From assembly GCF_011620665.1 (NCBI RefSeq), contig NZ_WOYQ01000006.1, positions 4,168 through 68,167 of the forward strand: a DNA stretch of 64,000 nt, given 5' to 3'. A program made the translations under genes and the position numbers. Source of the stretch: Microbacterium sp. Lineage in GTDB: Bacteria; Actinomycetota; Actinomycetes; Actinomycetales; Microbacteriaceae. Shown here in pieces: positions 31,158 to 42,707 of this stretch; position 1 is the first letter of the stretch, and every line of letters begins with the position of its first letter. Under the pieces are notes generated by a model that searched no databases, was not told the origin of the DNA, and worked only from the letters and a program-made list of their open reading frames with translations.

Positions 31158-32609
31158 CTACAGTGATCCGGTCTCGCCGAGCCCGAGATTGGCGTCGTAG
31201 TCGACGTCCTTCGTCTCTTTCGACAGCAGCAGCGCGACGAGCGTCAGAATCGCGGAGCCGCTGAGGTAGACGCCCACGAGCCACGGCTGCCCACCCGCGG
31301 CTGCCCACAGCGCGACGGCGACGATCGGAGCAAGCGCGGCGCCGAGGATCGAGGAGACGTTGTACGCGATCGCCGAACCCGTGTAGCGCACGTTCGTCGG
31401 GAAGAGCTCTGGAAGGATGGCGCCCATCGGGCCGAACGTGGAACCCATCAGCACGAAGCCGAAGACCAGGAACGCCTGAACGAGCGCGCCCGTGAACTTC
31501 GGATCCGCTTGCGGCAGCAGGAACACGTTGAACAGCAGACCGAAGACCGCGATGCCGCCCGTCACCCAGAGGAGCAGCTTGCGGCGGCCGACGGCGTCGG
31601 CGATCGGACCCGACAGCAGGGTGAAGACGCCGAAGAAGATGACGCCGACGATCTGCATGAGCACGAAGTCGGTATAGCCGAATCCGAGCCCCGCGACGTA
31701 GGTGTTCGGGTCGAATGCTGTGCCGGCGGCGTCGGCGGCGGCCCGAGCGGCATCCGTCGTCGGCTTCGTTCCGTACGAGAGCGTGAAGCTCGTCATGAGG
31801 TAGAAGAGGACGTACGTCGCGAGCATGATGAACGTGCCGAGGATGAGATTCTTCCAATGGGAACGGATGACCTCGCCGAGCGGGAAGCGGCGAATAGCGC
31901 CGGCGGACTCGGCCTTCGCGAACGTCTCGGATTCGACCAGGCGCAGACGCACCCAGAGGCCGATGATGACCATGACCGCAGAGAAGAGGAACGGCACCCG
32001 CCAGCCGAAGGCCAGAAACGCCTCCGAGCGCTGGGTGGGTCCGTCCGGGTGCGGCAGCGCGAAGTTGATGACGAGGAAGATCGTGTTGGCGATGATGAAG
32101 CCGATGGGCGCACCCAACTGCGGGAAGGTGCCGTACCAGGCGCGCTTCCCCTTCGGTGCATTCTCGGTGGCCACGAGGGCGGCGCCCGACCACTCGCCGC
32201 CGAGCGCGAATCCCTGAAAGAGTCGCAGGATCAGCAGGAGCAGCGCTGCCCACCAGCCGATCTCGTTGAAAGTGGGCAGGAATCCGATCAGGAACGTCGC
32301 GATCCCCATCGTCAGCAGAGACGCGACGAGTGTCGCCTTGCGGCCGAATCGGTCGCCGAAGTGCCCGAAGATGACAGCTCCGACCGGGCGCGCGACCATC
32401 GCGGCTCCGAACACGGCGAATGACGACAGCAGTGCCGTGGTTTCGTTGCCGGTCGGGAAGAAGAGGATCGGGAAGACGAGTACAGCGGCCGTCGCATAGA
32501 CGTAGAAATCGTAGAACTCGATCGTGGTGCCTATGAGACTCGCCGTGATGACCCGCGAGCGGGGATTGGCCGGAGCGAGGGCGGGGGCAGGGGTGGAGGC
32601 GGAGGACAT
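31158..32609 (-). CDS. MFS metabolite:H+ symporter (MHS, ShiA/ProP-like)
   Basis: GTTIEFYDFYVY, GHFGDRFGRK, GFALGGEWSGA, FGWRVPF. Confidence 0.93.
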   Translation of the reverse strand: MSSASTPAPALAPANPRSRVITASLIGTTIEFYDFYVYATAAVLVFPILFFPTGNETTALLSSFAVFGAAMVARPVGAVIFGHFGDRFGRKATLVASLLTMGIATFLIGFLPTFNEIGWWAALLLLILRLFQGFALGGEWSGAALVATENAPKGKRAWYGTFPQLGAPIGFIIANTIFLVINFALPHPDGPTQRSEAFLAFGWRVPFLFSAVMVIIGLWVRLRLVESETFAKAESAGAIRRFPLGEVIRSHWKNLILGTFIMLATYVLFYLMTSFTLSYGTKPTTDAARAAADAAGTAFDPNTYVAGLGFGYTDFVLMQIVGVIFFGVFTLLSGPIADAVGRRKLLLWVTGGIAVFGLLFNVFLLPQADPKFTGALVQAFLVFGFVLMGSTFGPMGAILPELFPTNVRYTGSAIAYNVSSILGAALAPIVAVALWAAAGGQPWLVGVYLSGSAILTLVALLLSKETKDVDYDANLGLGETGSL

Positions 32610-32681
32610 GCGCGTGGGACTACCTGTCGAATCAGTCTGGAAGGTCCTCGTGGGACGCGGCGGTGGCGGGCATGCGCGCGA

Positions 32682-33032
32682 TCAGCGCCAGAGGACGGCG
32701 AGAGCGGCGTTGACGAAGGTCAGGATGCCGACGAGCCAGAACAGCGCCGGAGCCACGGAGCCGCTCTTACGCTGGCGGGCCGTCCCGATGCCCAAGAGTG
32801 CGCCGATGATCAGGAGGATGACGAGCTTCGTGCCGATCTTGGCGTAGTTCAACTCCTCCGTGATGCCCCACGGCGCGGAGAGGGCGAGGCCTGCGACAGC
32901 GGCGATGAGCATGCCCCAGGTCATGATCGGGGTGATCCGGCGCGCGCCGACGGCCTCGACGACCCAGGAGCCGAAGAGGACGGCGAAACCGACGAGATGG
33001 ACGAGGACGACGGCGTGACGCAGGATTTCCAT
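32682..33032 (-). CDS. Small 4-TM membrane protein of unknown function
   Basis: 116 aa hydrophobic; TAGTCT 6 nt before ATG. Confidence 0.75.
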   Translation of the reverse strand: MEILRHAVVLVHLVGFAVLFGSWVVEAVGARRITPIMTWGMLIAAVAGLALSAPWGITEELNYAKIGTKLVILLIIGALLGIGTARQRKSGSVAPALFWLVGILTFVNAALAVLWR

Positions 33033-33055
33033 ACCCTCAGACTAGCTGAAGGGGC

Positions 33056-33529
33056 TCAGGCGCGCAGGCGGCGCAAGAGGAGTGCGGTGCGCAGCGCCGC
33101 CTCGGCGGCCTCGGCACCCTTGTCCTCGAGCGAACCCGGAAGCCCCGCCCGCTCGAGCCCCTGCTGCTCGTCATCCAGGGTCAGCAGCCCGAAGCCGACG
33201 GGCTTGCCGCAGTCGAGTGCAACCCGGGTGAGTCCATCCGTAGCTGCGGCCGACACATACTCGAAGTGCGGAGTGCCGCCTCGGATGATGACGCCGAGCG
33301 CCACGACGGCATCCGCCCCGGCATCCAGGACCGCCCTGCTCACGACGGGGAGCTCGAACGAACCGGCGACGCGTTCCAGACGCCATGAGGCTCCGGATGC
33401 CTCGAGCACCCGCTCAGCACCGGCGATCAGCCCGTTGCTGATGACCTGGTGCCACTGGCCGGCGACGATCACGACGTTCAGGCCCGTCGCGTCGACGAGC
33501 TGGGTGTCGGGTGCGCCGTGCCCGCTCAC
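33056..33529 (-). CDS. ribH: 6,7-dimethyl-8-ribityllumazine synthase
   Basis: GSFELP, ALGVIIRGGTPHFEYV, GLEDKG-like C-term. Confidence 0.96.
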   Translation of the reverse strand: MSGHGAPDTQLVDATGLNVVIVAGQWHQVISNGLIAGAERVLEASGASWRLERVAGSFELPVVSRAVLDAGADAVVALGVIIRGGTPHFEYVSAAATDGLTRVALDCGKPVGFGLLTLDDEQQGLERAGLPGSLEDKGAEAAEAALRTALLLRRLRA

Positions 33530-34791
33530 ACCGGCTCCTCTCTGACGCTCAGGGCCCCGTCAAGCAGCGCGCCATCGATGAGGTGCCCCATACGGTCGCG
33601 CTTCGTCGCCAGGTACTCATGGTTGCTCGCGCCGATCCCGACGAGCAGCGGCACCTGTTCGACGACATCGATCCCCCGATCGCGCAGCTGAGTGACCTTG
33701 TCGATGTTGTTGGTGAGGAGGCGGATCTTCGTGATCCCGAGATCGTCGAGGATTCCGGCGGCTGCGCCGTAGTCCCGCGAATCGGCCGGAAGACCGAGGG
33801 CGAGGTTCGCGTCGACGGTGTCCAGGCCACGCTCCTGCAGGCTGTATGCGCGCAGTTTGTTGATGAGACCGATGCCGCGCCCCTCGTGCCCGCGCATGTA
33901 GATGACGACGCCGCCATGGCTCGCGATGAGGTCGAGGGCCATATCGAGCTGAGGGCCGCACTCGCACTTGAGCGAACCCAGCGCCTCGCCGGTGAGGCAT
34001 TCGGAGTGCACGCGCACGAGGGGTGCGTCGTCGGTGAGGTCACCCGAGACGACCGCGACGTGGTCGGTGCCGCTGACGCGATCTTTGTACGCGAGGAAAC
34101 GGAAGGGCCCGTGCGATGTCGGAACCTGGGCTTCTGCCCGCAGGCTCACCCGGCGGCGCGGCGCGTGCTCGACGGGGGAGCCCTCGCTCGAGTCCAGGTG
34201 CGCGATCAGCTGCTCGATCGTGATCACCGGGATTCCCTCGCGCTCGCCCATCGCCAGCAGGCCCGGCAGGCGCATCATCGATCCGTCCTCGGCGACGACC
34301 TCGCCGATCGCCGCGACCGGCTGCAGTCCCGCGAGTCGCATGAGCTCGACGCCCGCTTCGGTGTGGCCGGCGCGTTCCCGCACGCCGCCGTCGACGGCGC
34401 GCAGCGGCAGGACGTGTCCCGGCCGGATCACCGAGGTGGGAACGGACGCCGGATCTGCCAGCACGTTGAGGGTGTGCGATCGGTCGGCCGCGCTGATGCC
34501 CGTCGAGATGCGGTCGGCGGCATCCACACTCACGGTGTACGCGGTGCCGCGGCTGTCCTCGTTGACGGCCACCATGGGCGGCAGGTCCAGCCGATCGGCC
34601 CAGTCCGCGGGCATCGGCGCGCAGAGGAACCCGCTGGACCACCGGATCGTCCACGCGAGCCACTCGGGCGTCGCGAGCTGGGCGGACAGGATGATGTCGC
34701 CCTCGTTCTCGCGGTTCTCGTCATCGGCGACGATGACCGGCTTCCCGGCGCGGAGCGCGTCGAGGGCCTCGGGGATGGTGGAAAGACTCAT
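33526..34791 (-). CDS. ribA: Bifunctional DHBP synthase / GTP cyclohydrolase II
   Basis: DDENRENEGD, GHTEA, RVHSECLTGE..KCECG, HEGRGIGL. Confidence 0.96.
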   Translation of the reverse strand: MSLSTIPEALDALRAGKPVIVADDENRENEGDIILSAQLATPEWLAWTIRWSSGFLCAPMPADWADRLDLPPMVAVNEDSRGTAYTVSVDAADRISTGISAADRSHTLNVLADPASVPTSVIRPGHVLPLRAVDGGVRERAGHTEAGVELMRLAGLQPVAAIGEVVAEDGSMMRLPGLLAMGEREGIPVITIEQLIAHLDSSEGSPVEHAPRRRVSLRAEAQVPTSHGPFRFLAYKDRVSGTDHVAVVSGDLTDDAPLVRVHSECLTGEALGSLKCECGPQLDMALDLIASHGGVVIYMRGHEGRGIGLINKLRAYSLQERGLDTVDANLALGLPADSRDYGAAAGILDDLGITKIRLLTNNIDKVTQLRDRGIDVVEQVPLLVGIGASNHEYLATKRDRMGHLIDGALLDGALSVREEPV

Positions 34792-35420
34792 CGGGAGCCT
34801 CCTTCATGGGTCGGTGCGGAAAAGGCGAGCAGGCGCTGAACGTGGCGCGCGAGGATGTCGGTCTCGAGGTTGACGGTGTCACCGATCGCACGGGCGCCCA
34901 GAGTCGTGACCTCGAGCGTCTCGGGGATGAGTGAGACCTCGAGCCACTGCGGTGTGTCGCCGGCGGTGCTGGCGTCCGAGACGGTCAGCGAGACACCGTC
35001 GATCGTGATCGATCCCTTGTCCACCACGAGCGGGGCCAGCTCCGCCGGAATCCCGATCCGGATGACGCGCCACTGCGCCCCGGGCCGGATGTCGGTGACC
35101 GTGCCGACGCCGTCGACGTGACCCTGCACGATGTGTCCGCCGAGGCGGTCGTGTGCGGCCATCGCGCGCTCGATGTTCACGCGCGTGCCGGACTCGAATG
35201 CATCCAGGCCCGACATGTCGAGCGTCTGACGCATGACATCGGCCGTGAACCAGTCCTCGCCCTGCTCGATGACCGTCAGGCACACTCCGCTGACCGCGAT
35301 CGAATCCCCGCGGTGTGCATCTGAGACCGCCAGCGGAGCGCGGACGGTCACGCGCACACCGTCGCCGGAGGGCGCCACCGCGGTCACGGTTCCCTGTTCT
35401 TCGATGATTCCCGTAAACAT
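34788..35420 (-). CDS. ribE: Riboflavin synthase
   Basis: MFTGIIEE, GGHIVQGHVD, VNLETD. Confidence 0.96.
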   Translation of the reverse strand: MFTGIIEEQGTVTAVAPSGDGVRVTVRAPLAVSDAHRGDSIAVSGVCLTVIEQGEDWFTADVMRQTLDMSGLDAFESGTRVNIERAMAAHDRLGGHIVQGHVDGVGTVTDIRPGAQWRVIRIGIPAELAPLVVDKGSITIDGVSLTVSDASTAGDTPQWLEVSLIPETLEVTTLGARAIGDTVNLETDILARHVQRLLAFSAPTHEGGSR

Positions 35421-36452
35421 TCAGTTCTCCTGTTCGGTGGGGGCCGGGTGGGCGAGGATCACCAGGTCCTCGCCGAGCGGGGTGACGGAGCTGACCGCCA
35501 GGCGGCGCTGCTGAACGATGGTCTCGACTCCGATGTCGGAGACGGCGACCCGCGGGCCGCCGAGCAGCGTGGGCGCGAGATAGATCAGCACATCGTCGAC
35601 GAGACCCGCGCGGAGGAACGAGCTGACCACGCTCGGACCGCCCTCGATGAAGACGCGGTGCATGCCGAGCTCGCGCAGCCGATCGAGAAGGTCCGGCAGG
35701 TCTTCGCCCCCGTCCTGCATGAACGGGAGGGGATGGCGTCGCACCCGCGCGTCTTGAGGTGTCGCTCGCGTGCCGAGGATCACAGGGCGAGGCTGGTGCT
35801 CGTGAAGGCTTCCATCGGGCCGCCGGGCGGTCAGGGCCGGATCGTCGGCCAGCAGCGTGCCGGTGCCGACGACGATCGCGTCGGCGGCGCTGCGCCGCAC
35901 ATGCACGTCGGCGCGGGCATCCGGCCCGGTGATCCATCGGCTCGTGCCGTCGGCGGCTGCAGCGCGCCCATCGAGGGACTGCGCCCACTTGACGGTGACG
36001 TGCGGGCGTCCGAGCTCCTGCACCGAGAGCCAGGTGTCCAGCACCGCGCGCCCTTCGGCTTCCAGGACACCGGCTTCCACGTCGATCCCGGACGCACGAA
36101 GGCGCGCTGCGCCGCCCGCCGACGCATGCCCTGGATCGGCGACGGCGAAGACGACCCGCGCGACACCGGCGGCGATCAGGGCATCGGCGCACGGCCCCGT
36201 CCGTCCGGAGTGGTTGCAGGGTTCCAGGCTCACGACGGCGGTCGCTCCCCGGACGGCATGCGGCGACACCTGCGACAGCGCGTCCACTTCGGCGTGGGCC
36301 GTGCCCGCGCCCCGGTGCCACCCTTCGGCGAGTACGTCACCGGCGGGTGAGAGCAGCACGGCGCCCACTTGCGGATTGACGCCCCGGGGACCGTTCAGCG
36401 CGAGGGCGAACGCGCGACGCATCGCCTGGCGTTCACGGTCTGTCGCGACCAT
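35421..36452 (-). CDS. ribD: Bifunctional diaminohydroxyphosphoribosylaminopyrimidine deaminase/reductase
   Basis: HAEVDAL, LEPCNH..PC, KWAQSLDG, EGG. Confidence 0.95.
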   Translation of the reverse strand: MVATDRERQAMRRAFALALNGPRGVNPQVGAVLLSPAGDVLAEGWHRGAGTAHAEVDALSQVSPHAVRGATAVVSLEPCNHSGRTGPCADALIAAGVARVVFAVADPGHASAGGAARLRASGIDVEAGVLEAEGRAVLDTWLSVQELGRPHVTVKWAQSLDGRAAAADGTSRWITGPDARADVHVRRSAADAIVVGTGTLLADDPALTARRPDGSLHEHQPRPVILGTRATPQDARVRRHPLPFMQDGGEDLPDLLDRLRELGMHRVFIEGGPSVVSSFLRAGLVDDVLIYLAPTLLGGPRVAVSDIGVETIVQQRRLAVSSVTPLGEDLVILAHPAPTEQEN

Positions 36453-36514
36453 CGGTCTTCCTCCTGTGAGGCACCGGGTACGGTCGACACCGCAGACGTC
36501 GTGACCGACGCTGC

Positions 36515-36689
36515 GTGCTGCCTTCCATCCGGACTAGCGACAAGAGTTCTCGAAGAACTGTGTCGATCACCGTCGGTCCCGGAATTTCACCGGGTCGGCC
36601 CCGCGTCGAGACCAGGTCTCTGTGACGAAGGGTTCGCGGACTGTCACCGCCGGTTCGGATTCTCACCGACCCCGGAGCACGTTGAACTG
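36515..36689 (-). ncRNA. FMN riboswitch (RFN)
   Basis: Minus strand GGGGTCGGTGAGAATCCGAACCGGCGGTGACAGTCCGCGA...CCGGTGAAATTCCGGGACCGACGGTGA...AGTCCGGATGGAAGG; TAGGAT -10 at 36695-36700; upstream of rib operon. Confidence 0.95.
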
Positions 36690-36820
36690 CTTCAATCCTA
36701 CCCAACGAGACGGCGTGGGTTTCATTCCCGAATACTGGATGAAGAGTTGCTGTCCGATCGGCCTCGACGCGCCGGGGCGTTCCGCGGCGGACGTAGCCTG
36801 GGAGAGGAGGGGGCCGGGGT

Positions 36821-38539
36821 ATGGACACAGTGCGCACGGGGGTCGAGGAGCTGAGGGAGCGCCCGCACGCGGACGTGCTCATCATCGGGGGCGGGGTCAA
36901 CGGCCTGGCCACGCTGCGCGATCTCGCACTGCAGGGTGTGGATGTGGTGCTCGTCGAGCAGAACGACTTCGTATCGGGCGCCTCGGCGGCGTCGAGCCAT
37001 ATGATCCACGGCGGCATCCGGTATCTCGAGAACGGCGAGTTCCGGCTCGTTCACGAGGCCGTGACGGAGCGCAACGGCCTTCTGAAGATCGCCCCGCACT
37101 ACGTGCGTCCCCTTCAGACCACGATCCCGATCTACTCGACGTTCTCGGGCCTGCTCTCGGCGCCCGTGCGATTCCTGCGCCACGGCGGCGGCAAGCCGAA
37201 AGAGCGCGGTGCAGCGCTCATCAAGATCGGTCTCGTCATCTACGACTCCTTCTCGCGCGGTGGCGGGCGGGTCCCCCGCCACGCGTTCCACGGTCGCAGG
37301 CGATCTCTCGAGGAACTGCCTCAGCTCAACCCCGGGGTCAAGTACACGGCCACCTATTGGGACGCATCCCTGCAGGACCCGGAACGGCTCGCGATCGATC
37401 TCCTTCGCGATGGTCTTCGTGCGGGCGGCGCGCGGGCACGCGCGTCGAACTACACCGCGGCGATCGGGGTTCGGGACGGCCGCGTGCTTCTTCGCGGCGA
37501 GGACGGTGGGGAGTTCGCTTTCGCGGCATCCGTCATCGTCAACGCGTCGGGACCATGGACAGATCTGACCAACCGCGACCTCGGCCATCGGACGCACTAC
37601 ATGGGCGGAACGAAAGGGTCGCACGTCGTCCTCGATCATGAGGAGCTGTTTCTCGCGACCGGCGGACGCGAGATCTTCTTCGAGCACTCCGACGGACGGA
37701 TCGTGCTGATCTACCCGCTCAAGGGCAGAGTGCTCGTCGGCACGACCGATCTCGAACACGACATGGCCGATCCGATCGTGTGCACCGAGGCGGAGGTCGA
37801 CTACTTCTTCGATCTCATCTCGCACGTGTTCCCGGGCATCGCCGTGGACCGCGAGCAGATCGTCTACCGTTTCTCCGGCGTGCGGCCGTTGCCGGGGCAC
37901 GGCGACGTCGCGCCCGGCTTCGTTTCGCGCGACTACCGCATCGAGGCCGAGACCTCGCCCGGGCTCGATGAGGCGACGGTGCTGAGCCTCGTCGGCGGCA
38001 AATGGACGACATTCCGTGCCTCGGCGGCCCACCTCACCGACCGCGTGCTCGATCTGCTCGCCCGCCCCCGCGTGCGCAGCACAGAGGGCATTCCCATCGG
38101 CGGCGGTCTGGGCTATCCGAAGTCCGAACGCGCGCGTCGCCAGTGGATCTCCGCGCACTCGCCGGGCATCGGATCCGACCGGGCGGCCACGCTTCTCGAT
38201 CGCTACGGCACGGTGGCCTCGGGGCTGATCGACGCTCTGGGTGATGACGACGCGCCGCTGCAGTCGCTGCCCGCCTACAGTACCGGCGAGCTGAGGTACG
38301 TGGCATCCACAGAGCGTGTCGTGCACCTTGCCGATGTGCTCCTGCGTCGCACCTCGATCGCCTTCACCGGCGCGGCGACGGCGCCCGTCGCCGTCGAGAT
38401 CGCCGCGGTGCTCGCGCCGGTCCTCGGGTGGGATGCCGCCGCGCAGGCGGCCGAAGTCGACGCCGCCCTGGCCGAGGTGCACGCGGCTGACCCCGCGGGC
38501 CCCCCGATCCCGGTGGGGGAGCCGATCGCAGCACGGTAG
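36821..38539 (+). CDS. glpD: FAD-dependent glycerol-3-phosphate dehydrogenase
   Basis: [28 protein letters not shown]. Confidence 0.93.
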   Translation: MDTVRTGVEELRERPHADVLIIGGGVNGLATLRDLALQGVDVVLVEQNDFVSGASAASSHMIHGGIRYLENGEFRLVHEAVTERNGLLKIAPHYVRPLQTTIPIYSTFSGLLSAPVRFLRHGGGKPKERGAALIKIGLVIYDSFSRGGGRVPRHAFHGRRRSLEELPQLNPGVKYTATYWDASLQDPERLAIDLLRDGLRAGGARARASNYTAAIGVRDGRVLLRGEDGGEFAFAASVIVNASGPWTDLTNRDLGHRTHYMGGTKGSHVVLDHEELFLATGGREIFFEHSDGRIVLIYPLKGRVLVGTTDLEHDMADPIVCTEAEVDYFFDLISHVFPGIAVDREQIVYRFSGVRPLPGHGDVAPGFVSRDYRIEAETSPGLDEATVLSLVGGKWTTFRASAAHLTDRVLDLLARPRVRSTEGIPIGGGLGYPKSERARRQWISAHSPGIGSDRAATLLDRYGTVASGLIDALGDDDAPLQSLPAYSTGELRYVASTERVVHLADVLLRRTSIAFTGAATAPVAVEIAAVLAPVLGWDAAAQAAEVDAALAEVHAADPAGPPIPVGEPIAAR

Positions 38540-38573
38540 CGTGGGAGGGACGCACCTCGAAGGAGAGACCCAC

Positions 38574-40109
38574 GTGGCAGATCATGTGATCGCGCTCGAT
38601 CAGGGCACCACGTCGACGCGCGCGATCGTCTTCGACGGACGCGGGTCCATCGTCGCGACCGCGCAGCGGGAGCACGCGCAGATCTTCCCGCGCGCGGGGC
38701 GCGTCGAGCACGACCCGGCCGAGATCTGGGTGAACGCCCGGGAGGTCCTCGCCGCTGCGCTGCGGGATGCCGGGCTGCAGGCGGCCGACATCGCCGCGGT
38801 GGGCGTCACGAATCAGCGCGAGACGGTGGTCGTGTGGGACCGCCGCACGGGCGTGCCCGTGCACAATGCTCTGGTCTGGCAAGACACCCGCACGCAGCCG
38901 GCGATCGACCGCCTGATCTCCGCGCACGGCGTCGATGCGTTCGCCGTGCAGACGGGACTCCCGCTGGCGACCTACTTCTCCGCATCCAAGATCGCATGGA
39001 TCCTCGACCACGTCGACGGTGCTCGGGAGCGCGCCGAGGCGGGGGAACTCCTGTTCGGAACGCCGGACACCTGGGTCGTGTGGAACCTCACCGGCGGCGC
39101 GGACGGCGGCATCCATGTCACCGACGTGACCAACGCCAGCCGTACTCTGCTGATGGACCTGCGAACCCTGGACTGGGCCGAGGAACTCCTCGATGTCTGG
39201 CGGATTCCCCGGGCCATGCTGCCCGAGATCCGCTCGTCGGCCGAGGTGGTCGGCGAGGTGAGCCGGCCCGCCGAGCTCCGGGGAGTTCCGATCGCGGCCA
39301 TTCTGGGCGACCAGCAGGCGGCGACCTTCGGACAGACCGCCTTCGACGCGGGCGAGTCGAAGAACACGTATGGCACGGGCAACTTCCTGCTCGTCAGCAC
39401 GGGGACCGACATCGTGCGCTCGCGCGCGGGGCTGATCACCACTGTCGCCTACCGGATCGGCGAGGAACCTGCCCGCTACGCCCTCGAGGGCTCGATCGCC
39501 GTCACCGGGTCGCTCGTGCAATGGCTGCGCGACAACCTCGGGATCATCCGCGACTCCGAAGAGATCGGGCCCCTCGCCGCTTCGGTCAGCGACAACGGCG
39601 GCGCCTACTTCGTGCCCGCGTTCTCGGGCCTGTTCGCGCCGTATTGGCGACCCGACGCGCGCGGCGCGCTCGTCGGACTCACCCGGTACGTCACGAAGGC
39701 GCACATCGCGCGCGCGGCGCTGGAGGCGACCGCGTTCCAAACCCGCGATGTGATCGAGGCGGTCGTGACCGACGCGGGACGGGAGCTCGAAGAGCTGCGC
39801 GTCGACGGCGGGATGACCCGCAACGAGGTTCTCATGCAGTTCCAAGCAGACATCCTCGGGATCCCGGTGGTGCGCCCGAAGATCGTCGAGACCACGGCGC
39901 TCGGCGCTGCGTATGCGGCCGGACTCGCGGTGGGCCTGTGGAAGGACCGGGAAGAGCTCCGCTCGCACTGGCAGGAGGACGTGCGGTTCGAGCCGCAGAT
40001 GAATGCTGTGGAGGCCGGCCGCCGCTATCGCCAGTGGAAGAAGGCGGTGGGCAAGTCGATCGACTGGGTCGATGACGATGCCCGTATCCTGATGGGCACC
40101 ACCGACTGA
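38574..40109 (+). CDS. glpK: Glycerol kinase
   Basis: [33 protein letters not shown]; AAGGAG RBS before GTG 38574. Confidence 0.96.
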   Translation: MADHVIALDQGTTSTRAIVFDGRGSIVATAQREHAQIFPRAGRVEHDPAEIWVNAREVLAAALRDAGLQAADIAAVGVTNQRETVVVWDRRTGVPVHNALVWQDTRTQPAIDRLISAHGVDAFAVQTGLPLATYFSASKIAWILDHVDGARERAEAGELLFGTPDTWVVWNLTGGADGGIHVTDVTNASRTLLMDLRTLDWAEELLDVWRIPRAMLPEIRSSAEVVGEVSRPAELRGVPIAAILGDQQAATFGQTAFDAGESKNTYGTGNFLLVSTGTDIVRSRAGLITTVAYRIGEEPARYALEGSIAVTGSLVQWLRDNLGIIRDSEEIGPLAASVSDNGGAYFVPAFSGLFAPYWRPDARGALVGLTRYVTKAHIARAALEATAFQTRDVIEAVVTDAGRELEELRVDGGMTRNEVLMQFQADILGIPVVRPKIVETTALGAAYAAGLAVGLWKDREELRSHWQEDVRFEPQMNAVEAGRRYRQWKKAVGKSIDWVDDDARILMGTTD

Positions 40110-40157
40110 CCGGGTCCGGCAGGTGCGCGGCGCTGCGTTCGGCGAGAACGCGACCGC

Positions 40158-41021
40158 CTACTTGAGCAGCCGGCTGAGCCTCCGGTCGGCGAGCAGCTTC
40201 CCGCCGGTCTGGCACGTCGGGCAGTACTCCAGCGACCTGTCGGCGAAGAACACCGAGCGCACCTGGTCGCCGCAGACCGGGCAGGCCTCGCCGCGGCGGC
40301 CATGGACGGCCATTCCACGTCGCTTGGCATCCTTCAGGTCGGCGGGCGGCGTGCCGGAAGCCGCCGCGACCGCCTCGGTCAGGGTACGACTCAGCGCTGC
40401 ATACAGAGCATCGATGTCGTCGGCATCCAGACCCGTCGCGAGCGCATACGGTGACATGCGCGCGGCGTGGAGGATCTCATCCGAGTACGCGTTGCCGATG
40501 CCGGCGATGATCGACTGGTCGCGCAGGACGCCTTTGATCTGGGTGCGCCGGCCCGCGAGCAGACCCGCCAGGGTGTCGCGGGTGAATTCGCCGGTGAGGG
40601 GATCCGGACCCAGCCGGGCGATGGCGGGCACATCCCCGGGGTCGCGGGCCGCGTAGACAGCCAGCGACTTCCTGGTCCCGGCCTCGGTCAGATCGAATCC
40701 CGATTTGTCGTCGAAGGCGACTCGAAGTGCGATCGCGCTCTTGCCCGGGCGGATCAGGGTGCCGGGCAGCTGCTCATACCACCGGAGCCATCCCGCTCTG
40801 GCCAAGTGGAAGATGAGGTGGATGCCGGCATCCGTCATCACATCGACGAACTTGCCGTGCCGCGCGGCCGCTGTCACCGTCGACCCGACGAGCGCGTCGA
40901 GCGGCGGGTCGTAGGTCTTGAGCGCCGCGATGTTCGCGACGGTCGCCTTCGTCACCTTCAGCCCGGCTGCACGCGCCGCGAGGAAATCGACGAGGCCCTG
41001 CACCTCCGGCATCTCCGGCAT
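40158..41021 (-). CDS. Fpg/Nei DNA glycosylase/AP lyase
   Basis: N-term PEMPEV, H2TH DQSIIAGIGNAYSDEILH, zinc finger CPVC..YCPTCQ. Confidence 0.92.
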   Translation of the reverse strand: MPEMPEVQGLVDFLAARAAGLKVTKATVANIAALKTYDPPLDALVGSTVTAAARHGKFVDVMTDAGIHLIFHLARAGWLRWYEQLPGTLIRPGKSAIALRVAFDDKSGFDLTEAGTRKSLAVYAARDPGDVPAIARLGPDPLTGEFTRDTLAGLLAGRRTQIKGVLRDQSIIAGIGNAYSDEILHAARMSPYALATGLDADDIDALYAALSRTLTEAVAAASGTPPADLKDAKRRGMAVHGRRGEACPVCGDQVRSVFFADRSLEYCPTCQTGGKLLADRRLSRLLK

Positions 41022-41052
41022 GTGCACATCCTGCCACGTGGCCTGAGTACTG

Positions 41053-41619
41053 TCAGTCCGCCAGCACCGGCCACGGGGACGGGGCGCGGTCTTCGGTTCT
41101 CCGCAGCGCCGCGAGCCAGCAGTCGTCGCGGTCGTCGACCCCGGCGATGCCATCGCGCAGGTACCCCTCGTATCGGAAGCCGAGCGCGCGCGCCGACCGT
41201 GCCGATGCGACATTGCCGACGACGGCGCGCCACTCGATCCGGTGGAGGTCGGCCCCCTCCGGCGCGAACCCCCAGTCGAGCACGGCGCGGGCGGCTTCCG
41301 TGCTGAGCCCGCGCCGCCGTGACCACGGGGAGACCCAGTATCCGAGCTCGCCGGTTCCGGCGCCGTCGAGGCGATAGAGCCCGACCGTGCCCGCGAGAAC
41401 GGCGCCCTCGCGCATCGCCCAGGTCAGGTGCACGCCGTCGTCCCATTCCGCGGCGACCCGAGGAATGAACTCCTCCGCATGCCGTCGCTCGTAGGGGGAG
41501 GGTACTGTCGTGAAGCGCTGGATGTCGGCATCCTGGCACGCCTCGTAGATCGCGTCGATGTCGCTCGCGCGCGGCGGAGAGAGCACGAGGCGCTCCGTCC
41601 GCAGGGTCACGGGTTGCAT
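41053..41619 (-). CDS. RimJ/RimL-type GNAT acetyltransferase
   Basis: LRTERLVL, ELGYWV, NVASARSARALGF; TAGGGT 6 nt before ATG. Confidence 0.9.
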   Translation of the reverse strand: MQPVTLRTERLVLSPPRASDIDAIYEACQDADIQRFTTVPSPYERRHAEEFIPRVAAEWDDGVHLTWAMREGAVLAGTVGLYRLDGAGTGELGYWVSPWSRRRGLSTEAARAVLDWGFAPEGADLHRIEWRAVVGNVASARSARALGFRYEGYLRDGIAGVDDRDDCWLAALRRTEDRAPSPWPVLAD

Positions 41620-41660
41620 CCTCCGACCCTACTCGCGGCGCCGCCGGGGCCGCGGAGGAC

Positions 41661-42665
41661 CTACAGCCGCCGGAGGAGCCCGATCTTGTCGTAGACGTCG
41701 GCCAGGGTCGCGTCGGCGACCTCGTCTGCACGCTCGGCGTTCGCGGCGAGCACGCGGTCGAGCTCGGCGGGGTCATCCAACAGCTCGAGAGCGCGGGCGC
41801 GGACGGGCCCGAACTCCTCGACCACGACGTCGGCCAGCCCCTTCTTGAAATCCCCGTACCCGCGGCCGGCGTACTCATCCTCGATGGCCGGCATCTGGCG
41901 ACCGGTGAGCGCTGCGTAGATCACGAGCAGGTTCGAGACACCCGGCTTGTTCTCGCGGTCATAGCGCACCGTGCCGTCCGAGTCGGTCACCGCACGCATG
42001 ACCTTCTTCGCCGACACGGCCGGGTCATCGAGCAGCCACAGCACGCCGGCGTCGGACTCGGCCGACTTGCTCATCTTCGCGGCCGGGTTCTGGAGGTCGT
42101 AGATGCGTGCCGTGTCTTTCTGGATCACCGGCATCGGCACCGTGAACGCCTCTCCGTAGCGCGAGTTGAAGCGCTCGGCGAGATCACGGGTCAGTTCGAC
42201 GTGCTGCTTCTGGTCGTCACCCACGGGGACGATGTCGGTCTGGTACAGCAGGATGTCGGCCGCCATCAGGACCGGGTACGTGAACAGCCCCACACTGGTC
42301 GCGTCGGCGCCGTAGCGGGCGGATTTGTCTTTGAACTGCGTCATTCGGCTGGCCTCGCCGAATCCGGTGATGGTCGACAGGATCCACGCGAGCTCGGCGT
42401 GCGCACGCACGTGCGACTGGACGTACAGGGTCGATCGCGACGGCTCGATCCCCGCGGCGATGTACTGAGCGGCCGTGCGGCGGGTCTTGGCGCGAAGATC
42501 CGCCGGGTTGCTCGGCTGCGTCAGGGCGTGCAGGTCGACGACCGAGAAGAACGCCTCGTACGACTCCTGCAGGTCGCGCCACTGCATGAGCGCCCCGATG
42601 TAGTTGCCGATCTGGAGGGAGTCGGCCGAAGGCTGCATTCCGGAGTACAGGCGGGGTTTGCTCAC
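41661..42665 (-). CDS. trpS: Tryptophan-tRNA ligase
   Basis: [30 protein letters not shown]. Confidence 0.98.
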   Translation of the reverse strand: MSKPRLYSGMQPSADSLQIGNYIGALMQWRDLQESYEAFFSVVDLHALTQPSNPADLRAKTRRTAAQYIAAGIEPSRSTLYVQSHVRAHAELAWILSTITGFGEASRMTQFKDKSARYGADATSVGLFTYPVLMAADILLYQTDIVPVGDDQKQHVELTRDLAERFNSRYGEAFTVPMPVIQKDTARIYDLQNPAAKMSKSAESDAGVLWLLDDPAVSAKKVMRAVTDSDGTVRYDRENKPGVSNLLVIYAALTGRQMPAIEDEYAGRGYGDFKKGLADVVVEEFGPVRARALELLDDPAELDRVLAANAERADEVADATLADVYDKIGLLRRL

Positions 42666-42707
42666 CTGTCCAGTCTATTGAGCCGATGCGGCGCGGCCCG
42701 CCGAGCG

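Noticed and set aside
29869-32253. Very long ORFs suggesting fusions (794 aa; also 52782..55097, 60877..63231, 57977..60139, 38316..40109)
   Set aside because: Arg/Pro/Gly-rich off-frame text, or upstream extensions running into real genes whose RBS-supported starts are internal.
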